From an uncultured Verrucomicrobia subdivision 3 bacterium (GTDB lineage: Bacteria > Verrucomicrobiota > Verrucomicrobiia > Limisphaerales > UBA11358), in assembly GCA_903820285.1 (NCBI GenBank), contig CAIJGS010000329.1, positions 1-62,856 on the forward strand: 62,856 bases of DNA. Reading direction: 5' to 3'. How positions within the stretch are numbered: the stretch's first letter is position 1; every line of letters starts with the position of its first letter. Made by a program: the position numbers and the translations under genes. The notes beneath the pieces are model-generated. The model was not told the origin of the DNA. It saw only the letters and a program-made list of their open reading frames with translations, and made no database searches. Below are positions 18,125 to 29,500 of this stretch, piece by piece.

Positions 18125-18772
18125 TTATTTCCGCTGCCGGCGGTTCAGCACAGCGGCCAGACCGCCCAGGGCGGACAAGACCAGCACCGAAGGTTCGGGA
18201 ACGGGCTGCAGAAAAGTGGCGTTGGCCGGCGCCCATCGGCCGAGCGCATCAGTGCCATTGCTGGTCGGAGCCGCCAGGGAACTGCCGCTGGAGGCAAAGT
18301 TATTATTAACAATGGTTACATCCGAATTTGCAGTGTAGGTGGCGGTGGTGTCATTGTCCCCAAATTCTGCATGTCCGTCGCCAACCAGGGCACCAATCAG
18401 ATAATCGGTACTGGCGGCCAGCGTAATGGGGGCAATGGATTGATAACGATAGTTGCCCGCCAGTTCCGGATCCGAGGTGGAAACGGTGGCGGAAGCAAGC
18501 AGGGTCGAACCATCGGCAGTCCACAAGCCGACTTCCGTGGCAGTGCCCAGAAATAATCCGCCATCCTGAACGCCCAGGGCATTGATGGTAAGCGGCACAC
18601 TGCCGATGGCAATCATTGTGCCAACCGTGCCATTAAAACCGCTGCGGGGCGCGGTGGCGGCACCACTCCATGAGAAAAGCGTGTTGCTTTGATTGGTCTG
18701 GGCACCAGCCATGGTCGGCAAAAAGGCCAGACAGGTTAAGGTGGCGGCCAGGAGAAGACGTTTGGTATTCAT
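18125..18772 (-). CDS. PEP-CTERM surface protein (DUF4082-like beta domain)
   Basis: Signal peptide; VPEPS + TM + RRQRK C-terminus; VGLWTADGSTLLASATV. Confidence 0.88.
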   Translation of the reverse strand: MNTKRLLLAATLTCLAFLPTMAGAQTNQSNTLFSWSGAATAPRSGFNGTVGTMIAIGSVPLTINALGVQDGGLFLGTATEVGLWTADGSTLLASATVSTSDPELAGNYRYQSIAPITLAASTDYLIGALVGDGHAEFGDNDTTATYTANSDVTIVNNNFASSGSSLAAPTSNGTDALGRWAPANATFLQPVPEPSVLVLSALGGLAAVLNRRQRK

Positions 18773-19104
18773 TGGATTGTTTAAATGGACGGCGTGGTTA
18801 TTTTAAGACCTTCTTAATCAACTAATCAGACAAGACTAACTTTAAAAAGCTTAAAGGCAATGACTTTCCCGGAAAACCCGTTCGGTTTCAGAGACTCGGG
18901 AAAAGGCAGCGATTTTAAAAAACGCCCTCATGCCACCCGCCGCTGGTTGAGGCGGACTGCCTCACCGATCCATTCCCCCTTTGCGCCCTCGTGCCTTTGC
19001 GTTAAATCAAAGGACTCTTGGGCGCATTCTGGGGCATGCGCCCAAGACTCCGATAGTCGCCGTTCGCCCCTCGACAACGTCCGCCAATAATATATGCTGT
19101 ACCG

Positions 19105-19185
19105 ATGTCTTTGTGGTTTAATCCACCGGTCCCTGGCACGCGGCAGATCCTGACGGATCTGGCCGGCGGCGGCCGTCTGCTCTAA
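19105..19185 (+). CDS. Putative leaderless leader peptide (uORF) of the ABC-F gene
   Basis: MSLWFNPPVPGTRQILTDLAGGGRLL*; TCGACA-16-TATGCT-6nt-ATG; stop 17 nt before the ABC-F ATG. Confidence 0.45.
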   Translation: MSLWFNPPVPGTRQILTDLAGGGRLL

Positions 19186-19202
19186 TCCCCCCTTTTTCTC
19201 CC

Positions 19203-21098
19203 ATGCTTACTGTTGCCGGACTACAAAAATCATTTGGCGGACGCGAACTGTTCGACGACGTTTCGATCACCATTCAGGCCGGTGAACGCGTGGCCATTGT
19301 CGGCCCCAACGGCGCCGGCAAATCCACGCTCATGAAAATCATTCTGGGCATGGAAGAACCCGATGCCGGTGAAGTGACTTTCATTCGCGGCACCCGCGTC
19401 GGCTATCTGCCGCAAGAAAGCGAAGCCGTCGGCAACGAAACCGTCCTCGACATCACCGTGCCGCACGATCACGAGCACGACGGCCAGTTCGTGGCCAAGG
19501 CCAAGCAGATTCTCACCGGCCTGAGTTTCAAGCAGTCGGATTTCGACCGCCCCGCGCGCGAGTTGAGCGGCGGCTGGGTGATGCGCGCGCATCTGGCGCG
19601 GTTGCTGGCCCAGGAGCCGGACCTCCTGATGCTCGACGAACCGACGAACCATCTGGACTTGGAAACGCTGCTGTGGTTCCAAGATTATCTGTGCGAGTAT
19701 CCCGGCGCCATCTTGCTGATCTCCCATGATCGCGAATTTCTGAACCGCCTGTGCACGCACACCGCCGAGTTGCGCGCGGCGCAGATTCTGCGCTACACCG
19801 GCAACTACGACCGCTATCTGGAACAGCGTGCCGCCGCCGAGATCACGCTGGCGGCAACCGCCGTGGCGCAGCAGCGGGAAATAGACCGGCTGCAACTGTT
19901 CGTGGACCGCTTCCGCGCCAAGAACACCAAGGCCGCGCAGGCGCAGAGCAAGATGAAGCAGATTGAGCGCCTCAAGGAAGACATGGTGGTCGGGCCGGGT
20001 GGACCCGACGCCACCGTGGGCTTCACCTTTCCGCAGCCGGCGCGCAGCGGTCAGCGTTCCATCACGCTGGATAAGGTCAATTTCGGCTACCGCGCCAAAG
20101 CGCCGGAAGGCAGCCACCTCACGCCCGAGGAAGTGGCCCAACTACCGATCATCAAGCAGATTTACGACAGCGTTGATTTTGAGGCCGAGCGCGGCCAGCG
20201 CATGGTACTGGTCGGCCCCAATGGCGCCGGCAAGTCCACACTGTTAAAACTTCTCGCTGGCATCCTGCAACCGATCAGCGGTGAATGCCGCCTGGGCCAC
20301 AACGTGAAGCTCGGCTATTTCGCGCAGCATCGCGCGGCCATGCTGAATCCCAAGCACACCGTGCTGGAAGAGGCATTGGACACGCCGCAACGCATCACCG
20401 AACAGGCCATCCGCAACATTCTCGGTAACTTTCTCTTTCGCGGCGACGATGTTTTCAAACCCGTCAGCGTGCTGAGCGGCGGTGAAAAAAGCCGGCTCGC
20501 GCTGGTGAAACTGTTGCTCGATCCCCCGAACCTGCTGCTGATGGACGAACCGACCACGCACTTGGATCTGGCCAGCGTGGATGCCTTGATCGAAGCGTTG
20601 AAGCAGTACGAAGGCACCCTGATTTTCATCAGCCATGATGTGCATTTCATCCGCGCCCTGGCGAAGCATGTCGTGCGCGTGGAACACGGCCAGCTCCGGC
20701 ACTTTACCGGCGGCTACCAATACTACCTGGATAAGACCAACCAGACCGCCCGCGAGGCACTGACCAGTTCCAGCAACAGGGCAGTGGCGGCGCGCCCGGT
20801 AATCTCGGCAGCGGATCGCAAGGAACAGAAGCGCCTCGAAGCCGAGCAGCGGCAGGCGCGGTCCCGCAAGAAGCAGGAATTGCAAAACCGCATTGCCACG
20901 CTGGAAAAGGAAATTGCCGATCTCGAAGTGAAGGAAAAGAAGCTCGCCGAAGAACTGGAAAATCCGGATTCCTACGCCGGCGGCCGGGCGCAGCAGATCA
21001 ACCGCGAATTATCACGCGTGCATGACCGTCTCCCGGAACTGAACAAAGCCTGGGAACAAGCCACCCTCCAGCTCGAGCAGATGGAACAGCCCGGCTGA
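19203..21098 (+). CDS. ABC-F family ribosome-associated ATPase (YheS/Uup-like)
   Basis: Two NBDs (GPNGAGKS, LSGG, DEPT.HLD), no TM, inter-domain linker, C-terminal coiled coil. Confidence 0.95.
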   Translation: MLTVAGLQKSFGGRELFDDVSITIQAGERVAIVGPNGAGKSTLMKIILGMEEPDAGEVTFIRGTRVGYLPQESEAVGNETVLDITVPHDHEHDGQFVAKAKQILTGLSFKQSDFDRPARELSGGWVMRAHLARLLAQEPDLLMLDEPTNHLDLETLLWFQDYLCEYPGAILLISHDREFLNRLCTHTAELRAAQILRYTGNYDRYLEQRAAAEITLAATAVAQQREIDRLQLFVDRFRAKNTKAAQAQSKMKQIERLKEDMVVGPGGPDATVGFTFPQPARSGQRSITLDKVNFGYRAKAPEGSHLTPEEVAQLPIIKQIYDSVDFEAERGQRMVLVGPNGAGKSTLLKLLAGILQPISGECRLGHNVKLGYFAQHRAAMLNPKHTVLEEALDTPQRITEQAIRNILGNFLFRGDDVFKPVSVLSGGEKSRLALVKLLLDPPNLLLMDEPTTHLDLASVDALIEALKQYEGTLIFISHDVHFIRALAKHVVRVEHGQLRHFTGGYQYYLDKTNQTAREALTSSSNRAVAARPVISAADRKEQKRLEAEQRQARSRKKQELQNRIATLEKEIADLEVKEKKLAEELENPDSYAGGRAQQINRELSRVHDRLPELNKAWEQATLQLEQMEQPG

Positions 21099-21180
21099 AG
21101 CGCCGGCGAGGATGGATGATTGCGGATGGCAAACAGGGTGAAACATCCGACACCCAACATCCAGGGGAAATAGTTTAACG

Positions 21181-21340
21181 CTCGCCCTCACTCCGGCCAA
21201 CCCGCCGAGGAGAGGGAGAAAAGGTTCCAGCGTTTTTCGCGAAACAAGCGACTGGATTGGTCGGTCCGGTAGACGAATGGTCAGATAATGTGCCAGCGAA
21301 AAGCCCTCTCCTTGGGGAGAGGGTTGGGTGAGGGAGAGCG
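21181..21340 (+). repeat. ~160-bp double-hairpin repeat (CCCTCACCCCGGCCCTCTCCC family)
   Basis: Closely similar to 23985-24144; reverse copies at 43715-43874 and 37740-37854. Confidence 0.8.
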
Positions 21341-21412
21341 ACAAAACTAAATCTCTGGCGGCTGAACACGCACAATAGCGCATCACCCCCCCCTGCCCCA
21401 CGGGAACAGAAC

Positions 21413-22447
21413 TTACCCTTCCAACCCGGCATCCACGCCCAGCTTCTTTTCCCAGGCGGACACTTTCTTCAGCAGCTCGGGCAAATGCATCATGGCGATA
21501 AATTCGCGCTTGGCCTGCTTGTCCGGCTTGGCGGGCGAGCCCAGCCATTTGCCGCCATCGGGGATGTCGTGCATTACCCCGGATTGACCGGCCACCACCA
21601 CCTGGTTGCCAATCTTCAGATGCCCCGCAATACCCGCCTGCCCGGCCAGCACCACGTATTTACCGAGCTGCGTGCTGCCGGCAATGCCCACCTGCGAGAT
21701 GATCAAACAATGTTCTCCCACCACGACGTTGTGCGCGATCTGCACGAGATTATCAATCTTCGTGCCCGCGCCAATGACCGTGGAACCCAGCGCGCCGCGA
21801 TCGATCGTCACGTTGGCCCCAATCTCCACATCATCGCCAATCACCACGTTGCCGATCTGTGGCACCTTGCGATGAATGCCACCATCCAGCACATAGCCGT
21901 AGCCGTCGGACCCGATCGTGGTGCCCGCATGAATGCGCACGCGCTTGCCAATTTTGGTGCGCGGATAAATCGTGACGTTCGGGAACAGATTCACGCCCTC
22001 GGCCAGCACGGAGTCTGCGCCCACGTTGTTGCCGGATTGCAGTACGGTGCCCGCGCCAATCTGAACGCGTTCGCCCACCACGCTGTGCGGCCCGATGTGC
22101 GCAGTGGCATCCACTTTCGCGGAGGCTGCGATCACCGCGGAGGCATGGATGCCGGCGGCAAACGGCGGCTCGGGAAAAAACACGGCGAGCGCCTTGGCAA
22201 AGGCAATGCGCGCATTCGCCACGCGAATGACAATTTTCACCGTCGAGCTGAACCGTTTGTCCGCAATGATGGCGGTGGCCTGGCTGGCCTCGGCGGCGGC
22301 AAAATATTCGGGGGTTTCGGCAAAGGTCAGGTCGCCCGGCTGCGCGCGGTCCGTCATGGCAAACCCGGTGAGGACGGCGGCGGCATCGCCCAGGACTTCG
22401 CCCTGAAGCAAACCGGCAATTTCGGCGGCGGTAAAAGTGGTGGCCAT
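21413..22447 (-). CDS. lpxD: UDP-3-O-acylglucosamine N-acyltransferase
   Basis: Hexapeptide repeats; [31 protein letters not shown]. Confidence 0.95.
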   Translation of the reverse strand: MATTFTAAEIAGLLQGEVLGDAAAVLTGFAMTDRAQPGDLTFAETPEYFAAAEASQATAIIADKRFSSTVKIVIRVANARIAFAKALAVFFPEPPFAAGIHASAVIAASAKVDATAHIGPHSVVGERVQIGAGTVLQSGNNVGADSVLAEGVNLFPNVTIYPRTKIGKRVRIHAGTTIGSDGYGYVLDGGIHRKVPQIGNVVIGDDVEIGANVTIDRGALGSTVIGAGTKIDNLVQIAHNVVVGEHCLIISQVGIAGSTQLGKYVVLAGQAGIAGHLKIGNQVVVAGQSGVMHDIPDGGKWLGSPAKPDKQAKREFIAMMHLPELLKKVSAWEKKLGVDAGLEG

Positions 22448-22501
22448 TTCAGTTCATCATAAAGACCGGCGGGCACAGTTCAATTCGCAATTCACGCGAC
22501 G

Positions 22502-22529
22502 TTGATTAAATTTCCCCGCTGGTTATAAT
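22502..22529 (+). promoter_or_regulatory. Sigma70 promoter
   Basis: TTGATT-16nt-TATAAT upstream of the ATG at 22547. Confidence 0.55.
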
Positions 22530-22546
22530 GACATTGATATTTATTT

Positions 22547-22993
22547 ATGCTGCCCACCACCCCCGAACAGATCATTCCGGAACTGCGCGATGCCGTCGGA
22601 CCCGTCATTCTCATTTCCGGCGTGGGCCTGCTGCTGCTCACCATGACGAACCGGCTGGGCCGCACGATTGACCGCGCCCGCCAGCTCAAGCATGAGCTGG
22701 CCCCGCTGGCCGGCCAGGAACGGGAACAGGTGCAGGCACAGGTGGATATCATCTTTCGGCGCGCGAAAATCATCCGGCTGGCCATCCTGTTCGCGGTCAC
22801 CAGCGCGCTGCTGGCGGCGGTGCTGGTAATGACCCTGTTCCTTACGGCGTGGTTTCATTCGGATCAGGCCTGGCTGGCGGGCTGGATCTTCATTGCCTGC
22901 CTCGGTTCCCTGTGCATCTCGCTGGGCGCGTTCATGGTGGATACCAATCTTTCCCTGCACGCCCTCAAGCTGGAACTCGAAGCAACCCGTTGA
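22547..22993 (+). CDS. DUF2721 family membrane protein
   Basis: AVGPVILISGVGLLL..TNRLGRTIDRAR. Confidence 0.85.
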   Translation: MLPTTPEQIIPELRDAVGPVILISGVGLLLLTMTNRLGRTIDRARQLKHELAPLAGQEREQVQAQVDIIFRRAKIIRLAILFAVTSALLAAVLVMTLFLTAWFHSDQAWLAGWIFIACLGSLCISLGAFMVDTNLSLHALKLELEATR

Positions 22994-23024
22994 CCGCGCG
23001 GCTCCGTGCCCTTACTTTGACGGC

Positions 23025-23882
23025 GTGGCGAAACCGAGTATAACCAACTGGTGGCGGCCGGACCTGCGTCTGGCTCCGCAACCGCCGTCGTTTACCAATC
23101 ACATTGGGCGGAAGCTATTGGTGTTCCTGCAAACCGCGCAGGGCCTCGGCGCCTTCTCCCTGATCACGCTCGGCGTCATGCTGCGGAAACGCCGGCTCGC
23201 CCGGGAAGTAATGCAGCCCCGCATCCGCCGCGAAATCACCCGGTCCGGCTCGCGCCTGCTGCCGATGTTCTCCTTTCTGGCGCTGGCCTTGGGATTTTTG
23301 GTCGTTGGCCAGGCGGTAACACAATTAAGTTCCATTGGCGCGACGAACTATGTGGGTTCACTCATGGTCACCGTGGTGGTACGCGAATTGGGACCGCTGC
23401 TGGCCGTCATGATGATGCTCGCCCGCGTCGGCGCGGCCAATGTGATCGAGCTCGGCACCGCCCGGGCCCAGGGCGAGGTGGAAGCTCTCGAAGCCCTGGC
23501 AATTGACCCGGTGCATTATCTGGTGGTGCCGCGCGTTATCGGCATGGCCACCGGCGTTTTCGCCCTCACGATTTATCTCATTCTCGGCGCGCTCGGCGGC
23601 GGTTATCTCTGGGCATTCCTGATGATGCCGTCTCTGGAACTGACCCCGGGCGAATACATCAGTCAAATAGCGGATGCGCTGAACTGGATGGATTTCGTGC
23701 TGATCGCGGTCAAGACGCTCACGTTCGGTTTCTTCATCGCCGTGGTGACGTGTTATCACGGCCTGGCGCAACCCCTGCGGCAGGAGGATGTCTCCCGCGT
23801 GGCCGTGCAGGCCGTCACCCAAGGCATCATCGTCTGCACGCTGGTGGACCTGATCTTTATCGTGCTCTACTTCGTGGGGTAG
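23025..23882 (+). CDS. mlaE: MlaE/YrbE-family ABC permease (stand-alone)
   Basis: VRELGPLL, ELGT...GEVEALEALAIDPVHYLVVPR; GTG start 6 nt after TTGACC-17-TACTTT. Confidence 0.85.
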   Translation: MAKPSITNWWRPDLRLAPQPPSFTNHIGRKLLVFLQTAQGLGAFSLITLGVMLRKRRLAREVMQPRIRREITRSGSRLLPMFSFLALALGFLVVGQAVTQLSSIGATNYVGSLMVTVVVRELGPLLAVMMMLARVGAANVIELGTARAQGEVEALEALAIDPVHYLVVPRVIGMATGVFALTIYLILGALGGGYLWAFLMMPSLELTPGEYISQIADALNWMDFVLIAVKTLTFGFFIAVVTCYHGLAQPLRQEDVSRVAVQAVTQGIIVCTLVDLIFIVLYFVG

Positions 23883-23984
23883 TACGCCTTTTAAGATGTA
23901 GCAGCCGACGTGAGGCTCCACCAAACTTGTTGCCGGGCGGCTATCATCCCTGGCAGCGGCGGACAGGAAAAAGTATGTGATAAC

Positions 23985-24144
23985 GCTCTCCCTCACCCCG
24001 GCCCTCTCCCCGAGGAGAGGGGGAAACGGTTGCAGCGTCTTTTGCGAATCAAGCCGCTGGATTGGTCGTACGGGTGGACGAATGATCCAAAAACATGCCA
24101 GGGAAAAGCCCTCTCCTTGGGGAGAGGGTTGGGTGAGGGAGAGC
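23985..24144 (+). repeat. ~160-bp double-hairpin repeat (same family as 21181)
   Basis: CCCTCACCCCGGCCCTCTCCCCGAGGAGAGGG ... CCCTCTCCTTGGGGAGAGGGTTGGGTGAGGG. Confidence 0.85.
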
Positions 24145-24302
24145 AACAAAACAAGCTTATCCGGCCGCTTTCCCGATGTTACAAAACCCGCTTTTCAACC
24201 AGCCAGACCGGCAAAAAGTAAGTTCAAGCTTCATTATTCAAATAACTGTAAAAGATGCGGGTAATGACCAGGGCTGAAGCCCGCGCTCCGGCTTCCCGCT
24301 GG

Positions 24303-25625
24303 TCAGCCAAACATCGCGCGGCACAGTACGATGGACACAATCACGCTCACCGCATCCGCCGTCAGCCCGGCGATGACCGCGTAGCGGGTGCGGCGAATGG
24401 CCACAGAACCAAAATAGACCGCCAGTACATAGAACGTCGTTTCCGTGCTGCCATAGATCGTCCCAGCCATGCGGGCAATCAGACTGTCGGGACCAAATTG
24501 CTTCGTCAGCTCCGTGAACATCCCCAGCGTGCCGCTGCCGCTCATCGGCCGCAGCAACACCATGGGCAACAGCTCCGTGGGGAAATGAATCAGTTTCAGT
24601 ACCGGCGCCAGCGCCGCCGTAATCATGTCAATGCCCCCGGCCGCGCGAAACATTCCCACCGCGCACAGCATGGCGAGCAGATAGGGAATGATGCGGATGG
24701 CCACGTCAAAACCCTCCTTCGCCGCCTCCACAAACTCCTCGTAAATTTTAACGCCCCGCAACGCCGCATATAGCGGAAACACCGCCAGCAAAAACGGCAC
24801 CAGCAATTTGGAGATGGCGTCCACCACGCGAATCAGCGGCCCCGTCGCCGCCCCCGCTACCGGGGGCGCGATGACCGCCTGGACAAAAAGCCAGACGAAG
24901 AACAACAGAAACGACGCCATGATCAAACCGCCCCACCAGCGCAAGGGTTTCAGCGTGGCGGCTTCTTTGACCGACGGTTTATCCGTGGCGGCGACAGTGG
25001 CGGCGGCCAGTCCAGGCGCGGCAATCTCCGGCGGCGGCATTTTGAAAAACGGCGAGCGGGCGAGCAGTTGCGCGGTGATCACGCCGCACGTGCAGGCGCA
25101 AGCCGTGGCGATGAGCGAGGTGCCGACGATGGCGGAGGGATTTTGCGAATGATTGGCCGCGAGGATGGCCATGGCCGTGACCGGCACAATCTGCACGGAA
25201 CTGGTGTTGATCGCCAGGAACGTGCACATGGCGTTCGTGGCCGTGCCGGGATTCCGGTTGAGCGATTCCAGGTCTTTCATCGCCCGCAGGCCGAGCGGCG
25301 TCGCCGCATTGCCCAAGCCCAGCATGTTGGCGGCGATGTTCATCACCATCGACCCCATGGCCGGATGCTCCGGCGGCACCTCGGGAAAGAGCCGCCGCAT
25401 GATGGGGCGCAGCGCCCGTGCCAGCAATGAAACCAACCCGGAGCGCTCAGCCAGCCGCATCAGGCCCAGCCACAGCGCCATGACGCCGATGAGGGGAAAC
25501 GCCGTTTTGACGACCGCATATTCGGTCATCTCGAAGCTTTTATCGGCCACCTCGGAAAGGTGGCCGGTCCAGCCGCCAATCACCACGGCGCCGACCATCA
25601 ACGCCAGCCACAGATAGTTGAGCAT
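24303..25625 (-). CDS. Fused SpmA-SpmB nucleoside-recognition (Gate) membrane protein
   Basis: ANMLGLGNAATPLGL.AM, INTSSV, RPMSGSG, GSTETTFYVLAVYFG. Confidence 0.92.
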   Translation of the reverse strand: MLNYLWLALMVGAVVIGGWTGHLSEVADKSFEMTEYAVVKTAFPLIGVMALWLGLMRLAERSGLVSLLARALRPIMRRLFPEVPPEHPAMGSMVMNIAANMLGLGNAATPLGLRAMKDLESLNRNPGTATNAMCTFLAINTSSVQIVPVTAMAILAANHSQNPSAIVGTSLIATACACTCGVITAQLLARSPFFKMPPPEIAAPGLAAATVAATDKPSVKEAATLKPLRWWGGLIMASFLLFFVWLFVQAVIAPPVAGAATGPLIRVVDAISKLLVPFLLAVFPLYAALRGVKIYEEFVEAAKEGFDVAIRIIPYLLAMLCAVGMFRAAGGIDMITAALAPVLKLIHFPTELLPMVLLRPMSGSGTLGMFTELTKQFGPDSLIARMAGTIYGSTETTFYVLAVYFGSVAIRRTRYAVIAGLTADAVSVIVSIVLCRAMFG

Positions 25626-25680
25626 CGGTCAGATTTCAGCAAGTCGGTGCCGTTTTAACAAGCACCGACTGCCAAAAAGG

Positions 25681-26526
25681 TCACGACCCCGGACAGGTGG
25701 CATGCGTGGTGAACCACTGCCAGTCGGCATTGAGCTTGCCTCGGGTGGTAGACAGATTATTGGCCGTGGTCTTGGTATTATAGTAAGTGGTCACAAACCC
25801 GGGCAGATCGCTGGTCTGCCACTTGTGCGCCTCGGCATGACCGTCATTAAATGAGAAACCGGTCACGTTTCGGTGATAAGCGGCGGGCACGTCCGGATAG
25901 ATGGCGCTGCTTGAATTAATCTGTAAATAGCCATCGTTCAAGCTGCACATATTCTCCTCGGTGAACACCCAGGCATCACTGGCCGGCAGAGTATTGGCAC
26001 TTAATTGCGTAAACTTTACGAACGCCGTGTAGCCCGGATTATAACCCTGCGTCAGAGTCTGGACATAAAGATTGCCCATTTGAGCGTTCATGGAATAACT
26101 GCGGAGCCGCGTACCATTCGCCGAGGGCAGAATATCGCCCGGACAGCGATAAACATCCACCTGGTTGCCCAGAAACGGAGCCATGATGGAAGCCGCGTAA
26201 TACGTGCGGTCGGTATTCACCGTTGAAGCACCCCAGTTTTCAGAACCGTTCCCGCACCAAGTCGAGGCGGTGGTGCCGTTCAAGGGAGCGTTCGGAATCA
26301 TGGTGTCGCCATTGTCGGTGCTATAGACGACGGCGGCCAACTGTAGCTGCTTCAAATTGCTGATACATTTGATGGTCTGCGCCTTCGCTTTGGCCGCCGC
26401 CAGCGCCGGCAGCAGCATGGCTGCCAGAATGGCGATGATGGCGATGACCACCAGCAGTTCAATGAGCGTGAAACCCCGCCTGACCTCGCGGCCAGCCCAA
26501 CGACGACTGCCTTTGCATTTAGTCAT
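25681..26526 (-). CDS. Prepilin-type N-terminal cleavage/methylation protein with H-X9-DG motif (DUF1559-like)
   Basis: [25 protein letters not shown]; C..NLKQ; [13 protein letters not shown]. Confidence 0.92.
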   Translation of the reverse strand: MTKCKGSRRWAGREVRRGFTLIELLVVIAIIAILAAMLLPALAAAKAKAQTIKCISNLKQLQLAAVVYSTDNGDTMIPNAPLNGTTASTWCGNGSENWGASTVNTDRTYYAASIMAPFLGNQVDVYRCPGDILPSANGTRLRSYSMNAQMGNLYVQTLTQGYNPGYTAFVKFTQLSANTLPASDAWVFTEENMCSLNDGYLQINSSSAIYPDVPAAYHRNVTGFSFNDGHAEAHKWQTSDLPGFVTTYYNTKTTANNLSTTRGKLNADWQWFTTHATCPGS

Positions 26527-26545
26527 AATAATAAAAATGAATGAG

Positions 26546-26576
26546 GCCGGGATGCGGAATCATTCCACATCCCGGC
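26546..26576 (-). terminator. Intercistronic hairpin (partial terminator or stability element)
   Basis: GCCGGGATG..GGAAT/ATTCC..CATCCCGGC between the two co-oriented genes; weak U-tract. Confidence 0.5.
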
Positions 26577-26598
26577 GTATTTGCAATCAATTACAGTT

Positions 26599-29500
26599 TC
26601 AGTTTTGCAGGATGCGATAGAACTGGGCCGAACCGCTTTGCGGCACGACCGCCTGGAAACCACCACCGCTCAATGAGGTGATGGTTGCACCGGACGCCGC
26701 AGTGTACGGGCCCGTCACCGTAGCGGCACTCTGCAAGGTGAACGAGCTAGCCGTCAGATCGCCATCCACTGTGCTAAAGTTAATTACCGACGTGCTGTTC
26801 GACTTATTGATGGCAATTTGGGTAATAACCGGTGCGCCAATGGCCACAACCCGCAGGTTGGAGAAGTACACCGCCGAATCCAAGGTGCCCACCGAGCTAA
26901 ACGGATCTTCATAGCCCAACATAATGGTTCCATTGGTAAACGTGGTGGCGTTGGTGTAGGCAAGGATTGGTGTTTTATCAATCAACAGAGTAACTACGCC
27001 TTTGAATTGCTTAATTTCCACATCCGACCAGTTATTGGCAGTTATGCTGTTAAAGTAAGAACCATTAGCCACCAGACCCGGACCGGAGGTAGTGGTGAAA
27101 ATATTAGTTGGGAATGCATCTGTAAAGGATGCGGCCTTCTTGGCTCCAATGGATTGCCAGCCGGTGTTGGGCAATTTGCCGCCCGCGCCGGTATAGCCAA
27201 GATAATCACCGGCGGAAGCTCCCCCGTCGGCGCTGATCCAGTACCAGACACCATCGCTTTCCCAGACATTGGTATTGGCCGCGCCCCATCCGCTCAACAG
27301 GGCGCTGCCCGCCCACCAGTTGGTGGCCTGGCCACTGTGATTGACCCCGAACATGGCACCTTCCGTAGTATAGGAAGCATTGTAGCCTTCAATGAGGTTC
27401 ATGTTAAAACGAACCGAGTAGTTGCCACTGAACGTGACATTGGTGGGATAGAGGTTAACCGCCGCACCGGCACCGGAGCCTTGCGAGGCAGTTTTATTCA
27501 CCGTCACCCGCAGCGCCGTGGTGGCACCGCTCGGCGGCAGGGGAATGGGACCGTAATCACCGGGATCGCCAATTTGCAGGTCGTAGCCAAACGTGATGGT
27601 ATTATCAATGGCATTGGTCTGCATGTTGTTATTGGCCGAGGTGACGCCCCAGTTGGCAGCATCAGCCGGATCGGTCAACGGATCGGCAAACAGCACGGTG
27701 GCCGTAGGATAAGCACTATCCAGAACGGTCAAAGCCACGGTATTGGTGGCGACTGTATACCCGGAGGCCGCACTCACCCCCACCACAATGGTCTTGTTCC
27801 CGACAAAGGCATTGGTAGTGCTATCCACCGGCAACTGGCCGTTGCGCAACGGATAGACAAAGTTGGTGTACACCAGATCACCCGGGTTGAACGTGATCGC
27901 CGCAGGCGCGGTGAAATCCACGCCACTGACGGCGGTACCCGCCGTGGTGAAACTGGAGACGGTATAAGCAGCCGCGTTGGTATCGCCCCAGCGGGTGACC
28001 GTGAACGCTGCATACGAGTTGGAGAACGCGTTATACATGGAAGACACTACCGCCGAACTAATGATGAGTTTCTGCGGCCCGACATTCTGGACGGCAACTG
28101 TATCCTGATAAGGAATGGTGGTGGTATAACCCGCGCCGCCTTTCAGCGTCAAGACGACCGTGGTCGTGGGCCGAGAAACGCCGTCATTCACCGCTGTAAT
28201 GGTGATGTTGGTGGTCGTCTGATTGGCGGCAAAGGTAATCGTATTGGTGGCAAAGGGAGTAATGCCCGCCGGCGAACAGGTGTAAAGGCCGTTGGAAGCC
28301 GTACCGCTGAACGCGAACGTGACCGTCAAAGGCGCAGTGAGATTTTGGCCGGCGCGGGTGAGTTGGAATACGCCCGGCGTAGGTCCGGTCGGCGAGGCCA
28401 AATTGCTGGTTGCCGCCACGCTGACGGTGGTGGGCGGAACCACCAGCGAGAAGGTCCCGTTGGTGCCAGTCTTGTCATTGGAGGTGGTTGCCGTAGTGGT
28501 CAGGCCGAGGGAATAAGCCCGCAGACGATCCAATCCGCCGCTGATAATATATACGTTATCCGCCGCATCAAAGGCAACGCTGCGGCCCGTACCGCTCAAG
28601 CCGGTAACGTTGGTGGTTAGCGTCGAAATATCCGGCACCCCGTTCGTCAGTTTCATCAGCAAGTAGGCGCTGTCACTGCCGTGAATGACGGCACAGTACT
28701 TATCATCCGGTGAAACGGCCACACCATAAATGCCGCTGAACGGATCGGTACCGGAAGCCGGGCTTTGGCTGCCGCCCCACGCCGTCAAACCATCCCACAG
28801 GTAGGTCACTCCATCGCTCGCATAGACCCAAAAGCCGTCGTTGCCGCCGGTTGCGCTGCTGCGATTTTGGGTGGCAAAAAATTTCCCGTCGGGGGCCACG
28901 GCCAAATCGCCCACAATACCGTCAACGGTGGCAATGCCGGTACCGCCAACGGGCGCATTGGTGGTGGGAGCTGCCGTGCAAGGCAGGGTGCCGCCGACGT
29001 TGTAACCAAGTATGTCACAATACATTGCGCCAGCCGACCCTAGGTTTGTACCGAAACCCCATTCCACACAATACAAATTCAGATTGCCCGCCGCCAGCGA
29101 TCCGGTAACCACCGGGGTGCTGAGCGTGCCGCCGAACGTGGTCACGGTCGTACCCGACCATTGAAGCACCGCCGTGGCGGTGTTGATATTCGGATCAAAC
29201 ATCCACACACTGGCACCACCGGGCGTACCTGTATAGCCACCGGTGGCATCACCGGCATAAACCATGTCATCCGGCCCGACATATGTCTTGTACAGGGAAT
29301 AGGTCGTGCTGGATCCCAGCGTGGCCCCGCCCAGCGAGGCGGTGCCGAAACGGCCCAGAGCGTCTGAGGTATCCGCATTCATAACATAAATTCCGCGACC
29401 GACCGCCCGGGCCGGGGCTGTTCCGGTCCCGGCGCTGGAATTCACCACGTAAATTCGGCCGAAATTTTGGGTCTTCGGATTCGTGTTCACCGCCACGCCG

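Noticed and set aside
21012-21548. ORFs reading LSLTQPSPQGEG / PSPRPSPPRRG (also 23358, 23910, 23977, 37631, 43682)
   Set aside because: These are translations of the CCCTCACC repeat, not genes.
24303-25625. Spore maturation gene implying sporulation
   Set aside because: SpmAB fusions are widespread in non-sporulating bacteria; this is an ordinary Gate-domain protein.
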